Source of the DNA: a virus
Taxonomy: Duplodnaviria > Caudoviricetes
Virus record (IMG/VR): IMGVR_UViG_3300032292_000618
Location: 78,783 to 142,782 of that record
Strand: one strand, 5' to 3'
DNA: 64,000 nucleotides
Position 1 is the first letter of the stretch. Each line of letters starts with the position of its first letter. The translations under genes were made by a program, and so were the position numbers. The notes beneath the pieces are model-generated. The model ran no database searches. It worked only from the letters and a program-made list of their open reading frames with translations, and was not told the origin of the DNA. Positions 8,721 through 17,649 of the stretch are shown in pieces.

Positions 8721-9364
8721 TTCATTGTATTGGAGATAGTCATTCAGCAGTATTCAGTGGTGAGGAAACAATGCAACCTTGCTGGCCAGATCCAGCTGCA
8801 AATAAACTTCCTTACTTTAAGAGTTATAGAATTGGTCCTGCTACTGCATATCAATTAGCAACTAAGCAACCTATTATTGAATCTCTAATTAATTCACTAG
8901 AACTTACATCAGAAGATTATTTAATGTTTTGTTTTGGTGAAGTTGATATTAGAGCTCATTTAATTAAGCAATCTAAAATTCAAAATAGACCAGTAGAAGA
9001 ATTGGTGGTAGAATGTGTAGAAAGATATGTTGAATCTCTAAGTGTATATAAAAAGTATAATATTCCTATTGTTGTATGGGGACCTATTGCGTCATGGTGC
9101 GATCAGAAGGTATATACTGGAGGGCCATCTTTTGGAACAAATTTGGAAAGAAATTTAATAACAAAAGCATTTAATACAACACTTGAATTGTGTTGCATTA
9201 AACCCCAATTTGAATTTATTACAATCTTTTCAGAAATGCTTAATGATGATGGAACAACCAATGGTGATTTTCTAGATGACTGGGAAGGATCTCATATGCA
9301 TTTGTCCCAAAGGTCAATGCCAACAATACTACAAAAATTTAAATCTGCAGGATTAATTAAATGA
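8717..9364 (+). CDS. SGNH/GDSL hydrolase-like protein (putative O-acetyl esterase or transferase)
   Basis: CIGDSH (block I), FGEVDIR, C-terminal MHLS. Confidence 0.75.
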   Translation: MIHCIGDSHSAVFSGEETMQPCWPDPAANKLPYFKSYRIGPATAYQLATKQPIIESLINSLELTSEDYLMFCFGEVDIRAHLIKQSKIQNRPVEELVVECVERYVESLSVYKKYNIPIVVWGPIASWCDQKVYTGGPSFGTNLERNLITKAFNTTLELCCIKPQFEFITIFSEMLNDDGTTNGDFLDDWEGSHMHLSQRSMPTILQKFKSAGLIK

Positions 9365-10095
9365 GTTACAAAGGTTATGAAAATAAAGTTGAATTCATTA
9401 AAAATGAATTTGTAAATTATTATGTAGATAAAGGACCTGAAAATGGGATCCTTCAGGGGTTTAAATATCAAGGAGCAGCAACTCATTGTAGAAATTGTCT
9501 TGCCACTTTAGTCAAAATGATTGAAGCAAAAACTGTTCTTGAAATTGGTTCTTGGCATTATGAAAGTTCTAATGCTATGGCTTTTGCTATGGATGAACTT
9601 TATGGTAGATCTGGATATGGTGTGATTGATTCCTTTGACATTAGAAAGGGTGGTTATGATGGACAGATTTCATATGTTCCTCATTCAACTAGAGTCAATG
9701 CCAGATACTGGTATCCTCATCATTCAGATTATGATGATTGGAAGTATAAAGTAGATCTTCCATTTAATGATTTTGTAGACTATACAAATGATGAGATTTC
9801 AGAAAAGAATATTCAAATTCTTAAAGAAGCATCTAAAGATTTTGGTAGCAGATATGATCTTATTTTTGTAGATGGAGATCATTCTTATGAAGGAGTTAAG
9901 AGAGATTTTGAAGTTGCTATGTCAGTAGCAGATAAAGATACTCTTATTGTCATTGATAATGTTTGGGACATTAGACTTAAAGATGTAAGACAGTTCTATG
10001 ATGAACTAGAATTAACTAAGTGGGACTTTGAAGAATGGAATGATGAACATTATCAAAGTAATATGGTTCAAGACACTGCCATCTGTATCCTATGA
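9361..10095 (+). CDS. Class I SAM methyltransferase (Methyltransf_24-like)
   Basis: VLEIGS...YDLIFVDGDHSYEGVKRDF...IVIDN. Confidence 0.85.
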   Translation: MSYKGYENKVEFIKNEFVNYYVDKGPENGILQGFKYQGAATHCRNCLATLVKMIEAKTVLEIGSWHYESSNAMAFAMDELYGRSGYGVIDSFDIRKGGYDGQISYVPHSTRVNARYWYPHHSDYDDWKYKVDLPFNDFVDYTNDEISEKNIQILKEASKDFGSRYDLIFVDGDHSYEGVKRDFEVAMSVADKDTLIVIDNVWDIRLKDVRQFYDELELTKWDFEEWNDEHYQSNMVQDTAICIL

Positions 10096-10949
10096 AAATT
10101 AAAGTTTATTTTGTTACTTATGATAATGATTTTGAGTTGAATAAAACTCTTAAAACATTTGAAAAAAGTGGAATCAAAGATTTTGATCATGAAATTTTTA
10201 TAGTCAATAATTTTAAAGATGCCCCAGTTGTTCTTGAGGATGTTGATTTAAAATATACTGTTATTACTAATTCTACTAGACCAACATTTTCTACTGGACA
10301 CCTTGCTAGAAATTGGAATGAGTGTTTGATTGATGGGTTTAGGGATTTGGAAAATCCAGATTGTGATATTGTTATTCTTTCTCAAAATGACGTTCATTAT
10401 GATGAAGGCACTATTAATAAATTAGTTGAAAGTCATAAGATTTATAATTTTATTACTAGTGGATGTGGAGATGCTTTCCATAGCTATACTGTTGATGCAA
10501 TTATAGCAGTTGGATTGTGGGATGAAAGATATTGTAACATTGGATGGCAAGAGTGTGATTACTTTTTAAGACATTTGATTTATAATAAAAATGCAAGTTC
10601 TATAAATGACCTTTTACATGCTAGAATCAATAATAGATTAGATTATGATGTAGCTAATGTAGAAGAAAAGTATTCTGGGTTTGTTAGAAATGACATACAT
10701 CATATGAAATCAATGAAATACCATAGTATTTCTATGAATACTTTTATCAAAAAATGGGGATTAGGAGTTCCTGGAATAGATTGGCAGGGTCCCATGTATG
10801 AATATAAAGATGGAATATATCCTAGTGCATATGGCATTACTCCTGATATTGTGCTAGAATCTCCACAGTGGATAATGTATCCTTTTTTTGAAAGTAAGAT
10901 ACCTAACTTAAAAAATAAAAATTATATCAATTATGAAACACAGAATTAA
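10092..10949 (+). CDS. Glycosyltransferase, GT2-like
   Basis: VYFVTY...IVNN...ARNWN...QNDV...VGLWDERY...ECDYFLR. Confidence 0.7.
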   Translation: MKIKVYFVTYDNDFELNKTLKTFEKSGIKDFDHEIFIVNNFKDAPVVLEDVDLKYTVITNSTRPTFSTGHLARNWNECLIDGFRDLENPDCDIVILSQNDVHYDEGTINKLVESHKIYNFITSGCGDAFHSYTVDAIIAVGLWDERYCNIGWQECDYFLRHLIYNKNASSINDLLHARINNRLDYDVANVEEKYSGFVRNDIHHMKSMKYHSISMNTFIKKWGLGVPGIDWQGPMYEYKDGIYPSAYGITPDIVLESPQWIMYPFFESKIPNLKNKNYINYETQN

Positions 10950-11736
10950 TTTAGTTGGAAATTCCTTTACCCATCTTACTGGAGGAAATAAAGGATACTC
11001 TGTACATGGAAAGGAATCTAAGTATATTGAATGGGTCTTTGATCTTTCTGCAAATGAAACTGTTTATGTAGATCAGAATATTAATCAGGCATTTACTGAT
11101 GGAATTCCAGGCAAAAAATATGGATGGTTGCTTGAATCTAAATTTGTAGTTCCTGGGATTGCAGATGAGATAAAGGCAAATGTAGAAGAATACTTTAAAG
11201 TATTTGAATATATTTTTACGCATAATAAAGAACTTCTTAGTCTTGACTCTAGATTTAAGTGGTGTCCAGCTCAAGGATTTTGGATTAAAGAACCAAAGAT
11301 CTATGAGAAAAGTAAAATGATTTCTATGATCTCTTCTAATAAAGCATTTACTGAAGGGCAAAAAAATAGATTAGATTGGGTGGAAAGACTTGGGGATCAG
11401 GTTGATATCTATGGTAGAGGTATCAATCCAATTGATGATAAAGAAGAAGGTCTCTGTGATTATATGTTTTCTGTTGTAATTGAAAATGGAGTTTATGAAT
11501 CATACTACACAGAGAAGATTCTTGATTGTTTTGCTACTGGTACTATCCCTGTTTATCTGGGATCTCCTGACATTGGTGAACATTTTAACCAAGATGGAAT
11601 CATTCAACTGAGTGATGAGTTTGATGTTTCTGAAGAAATTTATGAAAGCAAGATTGAAGCAATCAAAGATAACTTAAAAAGAGTCAAACAGATTGAAGTT
11701 CTAGAAGATTTTATTTACGTTAATTATTTGCAATGA
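10933..11736 (+). CDS. GT10-like alpha-1,3-fucosyltransferase
   Basis: YMFSVVIENGVYESYYTEKILDCFATGTIPVYLG, the alpha-1,3-FucT motif. Confidence 0.82.
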   Translation: MKHRINLVGNSFTHLTGGNKGYSVHGKESKYIEWVFDLSANETVYVDQNINQAFTDGIPGKKYGWLLESKFVVPGIADEIKANVEEYFKVFEYIFTHNKELLSLDSRFKWCPAQGFWIKEPKIYEKSKMISMISSNKAFTEGQKNRLDWVERLGDQVDIYGRGINPIDDKEEGLCDYMFSVVIENGVYESYYTEKILDCFATGTIPVYLGSPDIGEHFNQDGIIQLSDEFDVSEEIYESKIEAIKDNLKRVKQIEVLEDFIYVNYLQ

Positions 11737-12533
11737 TCTCATTTAATCAGTTAGGAAATTTAGGAAGACTTGGAAATCAGATGTTTCAGTATGCCTCTTT
11801 AAGAGGTATTGCTGCGAATAGAGGATTTGAATTTTGCATTCCTCCACAACAAGTGTTTGGTGTTAGTGATCCAAATGTAAAAAATTCAGAAACTAATATT
11901 CACACTGCTTTTGATTTAAGTAAGTATAATAAATTCCTTGAACCAAATCAAATGGTTAAGGAATCTGGATTTCATTTTGATGAATACTTGTTTAATAACT
12001 GTGAAGATAATGTAGATCTTTATGGATATTTTCAATCTGAAAAATACTTTAAGAATATTGAAGAAGATCTTAGAAAAGATTTTACTTTTAAATCTGAAGT
12101 AGTGGATGTATGTGAAGAGTTTATTCAAGAGATTGTTAAGAGTGATCAAATAATCTCTTTGCATATTAGAAGAGGGGATTATTTAACCTTACAATCCTTT
12201 CATCCAACTCCACCACTTGAGTATTATTCTGAAGCACTATCAAGGTTTGGGGATATTCCAGTCATTATTTTTTCAGATGATAGTGAGTGGTGCGTGAGAC
12301 AAAATTTATTTGATCCAGATAGATTTTTTATATCTCAAGCAAATATGGCAGAATATGATATGTGCCTTATGTCTATGTGTACTCATCATATCATTGCAAA
12401 TAGTTCATTTAGTTGGTGGGGAGCATGGTTAGCTAAAAGTAAAAATGTTATTGCTCCAAAAATTTGGTTTGGACCTTCTTTACCAGACCATAATACAAAG
12501 GATCTTTATCTAGATGATTGGGAGGTTTTATGA
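11733..12533 (+). CDS. GT11 alpha-1,2-fucosyltransferase
   Basis: GRLGNQMFQYA, GYFQSEKYF, SLHIRRGDY, IIANSSFSWWGAWL. Confidence 0.92.
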   Translation: MISFNQLGNLGRLGNQMFQYASLRGIAANRGFEFCIPPQQVFGVSDPNVKNSETNIHTAFDLSKYNKFLEPNQMVKESGFHFDEYLFNNCEDNVDLYGYFQSEKYFKNIEEDLRKDFTFKSEVVDVCEEFIQEIVKSDQIISLHIRRGDYLTLQSFHPTPPLEYYSEALSRFGDIPVIIFSDDSEWCVRQNLFDPDRFFISQANMAEYDMCLMSMCTHHIIANSSFSWWGAWLAKSKNVIAPKIWFGPSLPDHNTKDLYLDDWEVL

Positions 12534-13180
12534 GAACTTTAAATGATTTTTTTGACAAGATTTATTGTATTAATCTTGATGATAGAAAAGATAGGATGGT
12601 AGAGGCTGCAAAGCAATTCCATAAACATAACCTTTGGGTGGAAAGAGTTCCTGGAATTAAAGGTTCTAATATGAATCTTGACTTTCCTCCCCAAATTAAA
12701 GAAGGGGCAGTTGGATGTGCACTGTCTCAGTTGTTTACTCTTAAGTTGGCAAAACAAATTAAAGCAAAAACTTTTTTGCTTCTTGAAGATGATATTGAAT
12801 TTGATGAAGATTTAAATAGCAAGTTCAATAGGTATCGTGCTGAAGTTCCACATGATTGGGACATGCTATATCTTGGAGGTCAACATTTTCATGGAATGAA
12901 TCTTACCCAAGTATCTGAACATATTTACAGATGTGAATATACTTTGGCAGCACATTCTGTTGCTTTTAAGTATACAGTTTATGATAGGTTCATTAATAAC
13001 TTAATAGATATTACTAAACCTTGTGATGTTCATTATGCACAATCTCATAAGGAAATTAATGCATATGTAATAGTCCCACATTTAACTTGGCAAAGAGAAA
13101 GTTATTCAGATATTGAAGGTTTTAATGTTGACTATTCATTTTTAAAAGATCATAGATATCCACAGTGGGGGAAACCATGA
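12530..13180 (+). CDS. GT25-family glycosyltransferase
   Basis: YCINLDDRKDR, GAVGCALS, LLLEDDI, WDMLYLGG; GGAGG ribosome-binding site before the ATG at 12530. Confidence 0.85.
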   Translation: MRTLNDFFDKIYCINLDDRKDRMVEAAKQFHKHNLWVERVPGIKGSNMNLDFPPQIKEGAVGCALSQLFTLKLAKQIKAKTFLLLEDDIEFDEDLNSKFNRYRAEVPHDWDMLYLGGQHFHGMNLTQVSEHIYRCEYTLAAHSVAFKYTVYDRFINNLIDITKPCDVHYAQSHKEINAYVIVPHLTWQRESYSDIEGFNVDYSFLKDHRYPQWGKP

Positions 13181-13971
13181 CAGATACTTCTACAGTAAAA
13201 AAGAAACTTAAAGGAATTGGTCCTATTCTTTGGATCAATCTTGATACTGAAACAAACAGACAGGACCACATGAATAGTCTGTTTGATTTTTATGGAATAG
13301 AAAATACTAGAATCTCTGGAATTGATGCCAGAGGAGATAATGATGTAACTGATCTTCTAGTTGGTAAATTTCCTGAGTTATTGACTCAAGGAGAACTTGG
13401 GTGTACTATGTCTCACCTAAAGGCGATAAAACATTTCTACTTTGAAACACAATTAGATCACATTATTATATGTGAAGATGATATTGTATTTGATACAGTT
13501 CCTTACTGGCCTTTTACATGGGGTGGGTTTATGGCTTCTGCACCTTATGACTGGGATGTTTTGCAGTGTGCTATTACTAGCACTAAAAATCTAAGAGCAA
13601 ATCTACACCCAAGACTTATAAATGATTTCTGTGCAGCATTTTATGTCATAACAAGACATCATGCAAAGAAAATAATTACTAATCATTGTAGAGGAGACAA
13701 ATATAGGTTAGATCAAAAAATAAAACCAAGAGCAACTTCAGAAGAGATTATCTATAATTCTGGCAGGACTTACTCAATGCCATTATTTACATATAGATAT
13801 GATTTTGAATCTGGAATTCACCAAGATCATATTGAAGTTTTTCACAAACAAAACGTGGAAGGAGTGTTAAATTTTTGGAAAAATAGACAACCATCTATGG
13901 ACTCTAATAATCTTTTAGATTATGAGTACTATGGATTCTGGGAACCATTAGTCCATGCTATAGATCCTTGA
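13177..13971 (+). CDS. GT25-family glycosyltransferase
   Basis: WINLD...RISGIDA...GELGCTMSH...ICEDDI...WDVLQ. Confidence 0.85.
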   Translation: MTDTSTVKKKLKGIGPILWINLDTETNRQDHMNSLFDFYGIENTRISGIDARGDNDVTDLLVGKFPELLTQGELGCTMSHLKAIKHFYFETQLDHIIICEDDIVFDTVPYWPFTWGGFMASAPYDWDVLQCAITSTKNLRANLHPRLINDFCAAFYVITRHHAKKIITNHCRGDKYRLDQKIKPRATSEEIIYNSGRTYSMPLFTYRYDFESGIHQDHIEVFHKQNVEGVLNFWKNRQPSMDSNNLLDYEYYGFWEPLVHAIDP

Positions 13972-13996
13972 CAAAACTTAATGGATCATATATAAT
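13968..13996 (+). promoter_or_regulatory. Consensus sigma70 promoter for the hli operon
   Basis: TTGACA-N17-TATAAT. Confidence 0.9.
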
Positions 13997-14022
13997 ATTG
14001 TAATGTTTCTTAACAATTTTAA

Positions 14023-14232
14023 ATGACTGTAACAACTAATGAGTATGGGCAGCAAAACATGTTTGCTAAAGAACCTGTTATGTATATCTCTGATGCTGAT
14101 GCAATCAAGTATGGTATGATGACCCATAATGAAAGAGCAGAACTTGCTAATGGTCGTTGGGCAATGATGGGCATCATTGCAGGACTTGCCTCTTATGCAA
14201 TCACTGGTAATCTGTTCTTTGGTCTTGCCTGA
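14023..14232 (+). CDS. hli: High-light-inducible protein
   Basis: AELANGRWAMMG chlorophyll-binding motif; phage-type N-terminus MTVTTNEYGQQNMFAKEP. Confidence 0.93.
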   Translation: MTVTTNEYGQQNMFAKEPVMYISDADAIKYGMMTHNERAELANGRWAMMGIIAGLASYAITGNLFFGLA

Positions 14233-14318
14233 TGACTGAAACAATCTTTACATTTACAGGGGTTGCATTTTTGGTGCTTTTGAGTTATGCTGTAGAGAAG
14301 GTCTGCGAAACTTACTGA
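14232..14318 (+). CDS. Small membrane peptide, 28 aa (MTETIFTFTGVAFLVLLSYAVEKVCETY)
   Basis: Hand translation; TGATG coupling on both sides. Confidence 0.55.
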   Translation: MTETIFTFTGVAFLVLLSYAVEKVCETY

Positions 14319-14482
14319 TGAGTGCTGGAATGCTTGGGCAACTTAGTCTTGCCCTTCAACAACTTATAGAAGATGGTGCCTGGTCTACTGATGATGAACT
14401 TAAAGTTTGTATCGCAGGCACATTAAAAAAAGACAAATTTATTGTTATTCAAAACACTACTAAAAGAGGACAAACAAAATGA
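14318..14482 (+). CDS. Hypothetical protein, 54 aa (MSAGMLGQLSLAL...)
   Basis: Hand translation; coupled to both neighbours. Confidence 0.6.
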   Translation: MSAGMLGQLSLALQQLIEDGAWSTDDELKVCIAGTLKKDKFIVIQNTTKRGQTK

Positions 14483-14598
14483 AATTCGGATGGACACCTG
14501 AGGCAGAGATTCTTAATGGTCGCCTTGCTATGCTTGGTTTTGTAATTGCAGTTGGAACTTATTTCACAACTGGGCAAATTATTCCTGGAGTATGGTGA
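14479..14598 (+). CDS. hli: High-light-inducible protein, 39 aa
   Basis: MKFGWTPEAEILNGRLAMLGFVIAVGTYFTTGQIIPGVW; below the ORF-track length cutoff. Confidence 0.95.
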   Translation: MKFGWTPEAEILNGRLAMLGFVIAVGTYFTTGQIIPGVW

Positions 14599-14746
14599 AA
14601 CCCTAACAAAAATAAGCAATAATACTTATCCTCATTCTAAATATGAGTGGGGAACATTTATATTTCAAATGATAATAGCAGAATTATATTTTACAATATT
14701 ATTCTCTATTATAATAATAAAAGCAGCATATACAAAATAGTTTTAT

Positions 14747-14777
14747 ATCCTCTTCTATATACAGGAGAGGATTTTTT
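14747..14777 (+). terminator. Intrinsic terminator
   Basis: ATCCTCTTCT-ATATAC-AGGAGAGGAT followed by a T run. Confidence 0.75.
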
Positions 14778-14780
14778 ATT

Positions 14781-14933
14781 ATGCCTAGAAATCAACTAAC
14801 AAAAGAAGAAATTAAAGTTCAGGTAGAGAAGTTAAAGACTGAACTTTATAATGAGAAAACTTTTGAGTCAAAGGATCTTGCTCATAAGTATCTCAACAAA
14901 GTCTTAGACAAGATTGGTGAATATTTTTCTTGA
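14781..14933 (+). CDS. Hypothetical protein, 50 aa (MPRNQLTKEEIK...)
   Basis: Hand translation; purine-rich AGGAGAGG upstream. Confidence 0.65.
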   Translation: MPRNQLTKEEIKVQVEKLKTELYNEKTFESKDLAHKYLNKVLDKIGEYFS

Positions 14934-14985
14934 TTGGTGTGGGTGAAGGTATCAAAATCTAAATAGGGTAGTTGTCAAAGATATA

Positions 14986-15681
14986 ATGAAAATAGATCTT
15001 CATAACTTCTTTCTACATTTTGATCCAAAGAATCCAAAGCATGTTGCAGCAGTAGAGCAACTTGAAAAAGATTTGGAACAAAAGCAACCAGATTTGATTC
15101 AAGATGAATCTAATTGGGTCAAAATTTTTAGAGAAAAAACACCAGTTCCTACACATACTGGAGTTTTATCCGTTCCATATTTTCCTCAAACTGATAATTA
15201 TAGAGATGCAGATAGAACTTGCAACTCTTCATCCTGTGCTATGTGCCTTGAGTTTTTAAAACCAGGAACACTAAAAGGGGCAAAGGGAGATGATGCCTAC
15301 ATTCAAAAAGTATTTGCAATTGGTGATACAACAGATCACTCAGTTCAAACCCGTGTTCTTGAGGGTTATGGTGTTAAGTCATACTTTAGTTACAACCTTT
15401 CTTTTTCTGATCTTGATAAGAGTTTATCTATTGGAAAGCCTGTCGTTATTGGCATTCTGCACAGGGGTTCTCTTTCTGCACCTACTGGCGGGCACATGGT
15501 TGTAGTCATTGGTAAGAAAGGTAATGACTATGTTGTTAATGATCCTTATGGTAGTTTGAATGATGGATACACTGGTGCAGTAACCAATGGCAAAGGTGCA
15601 GTATACAAGAGATCTGATTTAACTCATAGGTGGTTAGAGCACGGTAAAGATAAGACTGGTTGGGGAAGAATCTTTAAATGA
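14986..15681 (+). CDS. Peptidase C39-like protein (putative cell-wall hydrolase)
   Basis: VPYFPQ...TCNSSSCAM (Cys), GGHMVVVIG (His), VNDPYG (Asp); CTAAATA late-promoter-like site near 14959. Confidence 0.8.
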   Translation: MKIDLHNFFLHFDPKNPKHVAAVEQLEKDLEQKQPDLIQDESNWVKIFREKTPVPTHTGVLSVPYFPQTDNYRDADRTCNSSSCAMCLEFLKPGTLKGAKGDDAYIQKVFAIGDTTDHSVQTRVLEGYGVKSYFSYNLSFSDLDKSLSIGKPVVIGILHRGSLSAPTGGHMVVVIGKKGNDYVVNDPYGSLNDGYTGAVTNGKGAVYKRSDLTHRWLEHGKDKTGWGRIFK

Positions 15682-16142
15682 CTTTAAAGGCAGGAATAGA
15701 TTTAATTAAAAAATTTGAAGGATGCCATCTTAAAGCATATCCAGACCCACTATCTGGTGGTCTTCCAATCACTATTGGTTGGGGGTCTACTCGTAAGAAG
15801 AATGGGACACCATTTAAACTTGGAGATACCATTACTCAAAAGGAAGCAGATGAATTGTTGATTGCTCAATGTGAGAGTCAGTTCTTACCAGCACTTTCTA
15901 AAATCCCATATTGGAGAGAAATGAATGACAATCAACGCGGAGCACTTTTATCCTTTGCTTACAATCTCGGTGCTGGCTTTTACGGGGGAAGTAACTTTAA
16001 TACTATCACTCGCAACCTTCGTGAGAAAAATTGGACGGCAATTCCAAAAACATTAGAGATATATCGTAATCCTGGAAGTAATGTTGAGGTGGGATTATTG
16101 AGACGTAGAAAAGCAGAAGGAAAACTTTGGTCTACACCATAA
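15678..16142 (+). CDS. Phage lysozyme / endolysin (GH24)
   Basis: IKKFEGC...AYPD...TIGWGST, ALLSFAYNLG, GLLRRRKAE. Confidence 0.92.
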   Translation: MTLKAGIDLIKKFEGCHLKAYPDPLSGGLPITIGWGSTRKKNGTPFKLGDTITQKEADELLIAQCESQFLPALSKIPYWREMNDNQRGALLSFAYNLGAGFYGGSNFNTITRNLREKNWTAIPKTLEIYRNPGSNVEVGLLRRRKAEGKLWSTP

Positions 16143-16473
16143 AAGGTTTTGCGATTCCCTCATTTATCATTCTTTCATTAACTGTAACAGGTTCTCCGAC
16201 AAGATAAAGAGTTCCAAGAATTCTTCCATACTTATCTTCCTTGAATGTTTCAATAACCCATTCACCTTTTTTGGATAATTCAGTTTTTAACCATTCCTTT
16301 GCCACTAATCCCTTTGCTTTTTCTTCTAGGTTTAATGTCTTTGTTTCGGCAGTATTAATACCTTTAAGACGAACTCTTTGGGATATTGTAATTCCAAATC
16401 CTAAATCAATATCTAAATCAACAGTGTCTCCATCAACGACCTTGTTGATTTTTTTTATTTTGTAGTTATACAT
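16132..16473 (-). CDS. Thermonuclease (SNase-like)
   Basis: VVDGDTV, RVRLKGINTAE, DKYGRILG, NERMINEGIA. Confidence 0.88.
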   Translation of the reverse strand: MYNYKIKKINKVVDGDTVDLDIDLGFGITISQRVRLKGINTAETKTLNLEEKAKGLVAKEWLKTELSKKGEWVIETFKEDKYGRILGTLYLVGEPVTVNERMINEGIAKPFMV

Positions 16474-16583
16474 TATTCTTTAGTCTCCAAATATGCCAAT
16501 CTTAGTATGTAGTAAATGCACCACATAGTAAAAACTAAACCTGATCCAAGAATTATACATACTCCCCAAGGAAAATTATTCAT
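16473..16583 (-). CDS. Small single-TM protein, 36 aa (MNNFPWGVCIILGSGLVFTMWCIYYILRLAYLETKE)
   Basis: Hand translation; coupled to flanking ORFs. Confidence 0.6.
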   Translation of the reverse strand: MNNFPWGVCIILGSGLVFTMWCIYYILRLAYLETKE

Positions 16584-16773
16584 CCCACCCCTCTTGTCTG
16601 TGTATCCATATTTTTAAATCTTTTACATATTTTCTTAATATTTGTGCTTGTTCTTCGTGCCATGGATTTCCTGTTTCCATTCCTATCCTTGTATGATTAT
16701 CTATTGCTTGTAGTATTTGGTGAATGGGTTTGTTCCAACATTCACGATTGGGAGTATTCCACTCTCTTGGCAT
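16576..16773 (-). CDS. Hypothetical protein (MPREWNTP...)
   Basis: 65-aa ORF with GAGG upstream, in the minus-strand operon. Confidence 0.7.
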   Translation of the reverse strand: MPREWNTPNRECWNKPIHQILQAIDNHTRIGMETGNPWHEEQAQILRKYVKDLKIWIHRQEGWDE

Positions 16774-16779
16774 AAGACC

Positions 16780-16884
16780 TCATTTTTTCTTGCCACCATT
16801 CTTTGCTTTCTTAGCAGTAGCATTCCCTTGATTTTGTTTGGATCCATTAGATCCCTTCTTGCCTTTATTTGGCGACTTAGACAT
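16780..16884 (-). CDS. Small Lys/Gly/Asn-rich basic peptide, 34 aa (MSKSPNKGKKGSNGSKQNQGNATAKKAKNGGKKK)
   Basis: Hand translation; minus-strand ATAAATA at 16907-16913 upstream. Confidence 0.6.
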   Translation of the reverse strand: MSKSPNKGKKGSNGSKQNQGNATAKKAKNGGKKK

Positions 16885-16930
16885 TTTTAATTTATCTAAT
16901 AATTAATATTTATCTTTTAGCAAATGCCAG

Positions 16931-16959
16931 TTGACAAGGCAGCAGTGACTTGTTACTAT
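16931..16959 (+). promoter_or_regulatory. Sigma70 promoter
   Basis: TTGACA-N17-TACTAT. Confidence 0.8.
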
Positions 16960-16981
16960 AAGGTGTAACATTGGTTAAACT

Positions 16982-17581
16982 ATGAAACTTTTTGGAACTG
17001 CCATTGCTGGCATTATGATTGCCACCAGTCTTCTTCCTGCTTATGCTGGTGATGATGATAGGCGAAATCAATCTAACAACACTAATACCAATACCAATAC
17101 CAATACTAATAATAACGATAATAGTAACAGTAATACCATTACTTCTAATGGTGGTTCTTCTACTTCTACTTCCACCCAAACTACTTCTAATAATCTAGGT
17201 GGGTCTACGAATACTCTTGTTAATCAAGGAACTGTTTATTACCCTGATTGGATTAATGTTGCCCCCTCGCAGTCTTCTCTTTCTATGAGTTCTGCTTCTT
17301 GTCAGGGCCCAACTATTAATGGTGCTGTTCAAACTTTGGAGACTGATCCTTTTAATAATCAATATGGAGTTCAAGGAAGTATTGGTATTTCTATTCCCCT
17401 GACAGGTCAGAAGGATTGTTATGCTGTTCAGTCCAGTCTTCGTAAGAGGGCACTGTTTGAGAATGCTGCCAATACTGCTATGATGTGCAGTCAATTGGAA
17501 AAGATGAATGTCAAATTTGATGATGCAAGGTTCCCTGAACTTTCTTCCTGCCTTCCTCCTGTGGTCTCTACTGCGAAGTAA
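16982..17581 (+). CDS. Secreted/periplasmic protein with signal peptide, Asn/Thr/Ser linker and 4-Cys C-terminal domain
   Basis: MKLFGTAIAGIMIATSLLPAYA signal with AxA cleavage site; NTNTNT tract. Confidence 0.8.
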   Translation: MKLFGTAIAGIMIATSLLPAYAGDDDRRNQSNNTNTNTNTNTNNNDNSNSNTITSNGGSSTSTSTQTTSNNLGGSTNTLVNQGTVYYPDWINVAPSQSSLSMSSASCQGPTINGAVQTLETDPFNNQYGVQGSIGISIPLTGQKDCYAVQSSLRKRALFENAANTAMMCSQLEKMNVKFDDARFPELSSCLPPVVSTAK

Positions 17582-17615
17582 ATCTTAAGAAACCTGTCAT
17601 AGGCACTTTTGCTCA

Positions 17616-17649
17616 TTGACAGGATTTCCTGACAATGCTATAATAAATA
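17616..17649 (+). promoter_or_regulatory. psbA promoter: sigma70 consensus overlapped by a late-promoter-like ATAAATA
   Basis: TTGACA-N17-TATAAT immediately followed by AAATA. Confidence 0.88.

Noticed and set aside
12530-13971. GT25 enzymes as collagen hydroxylysine galactosyltransferases
   Set aside because: The collagen repeats contain almost no Lys, so that specific mechanism lacks substrate
14546-14740. 64-aa ORF in the ORF track
   Set aside because: Overlaps the second hli out of frame; at most its last 23 codons (MIIAELYF...) could be a peptide, which is unsupported
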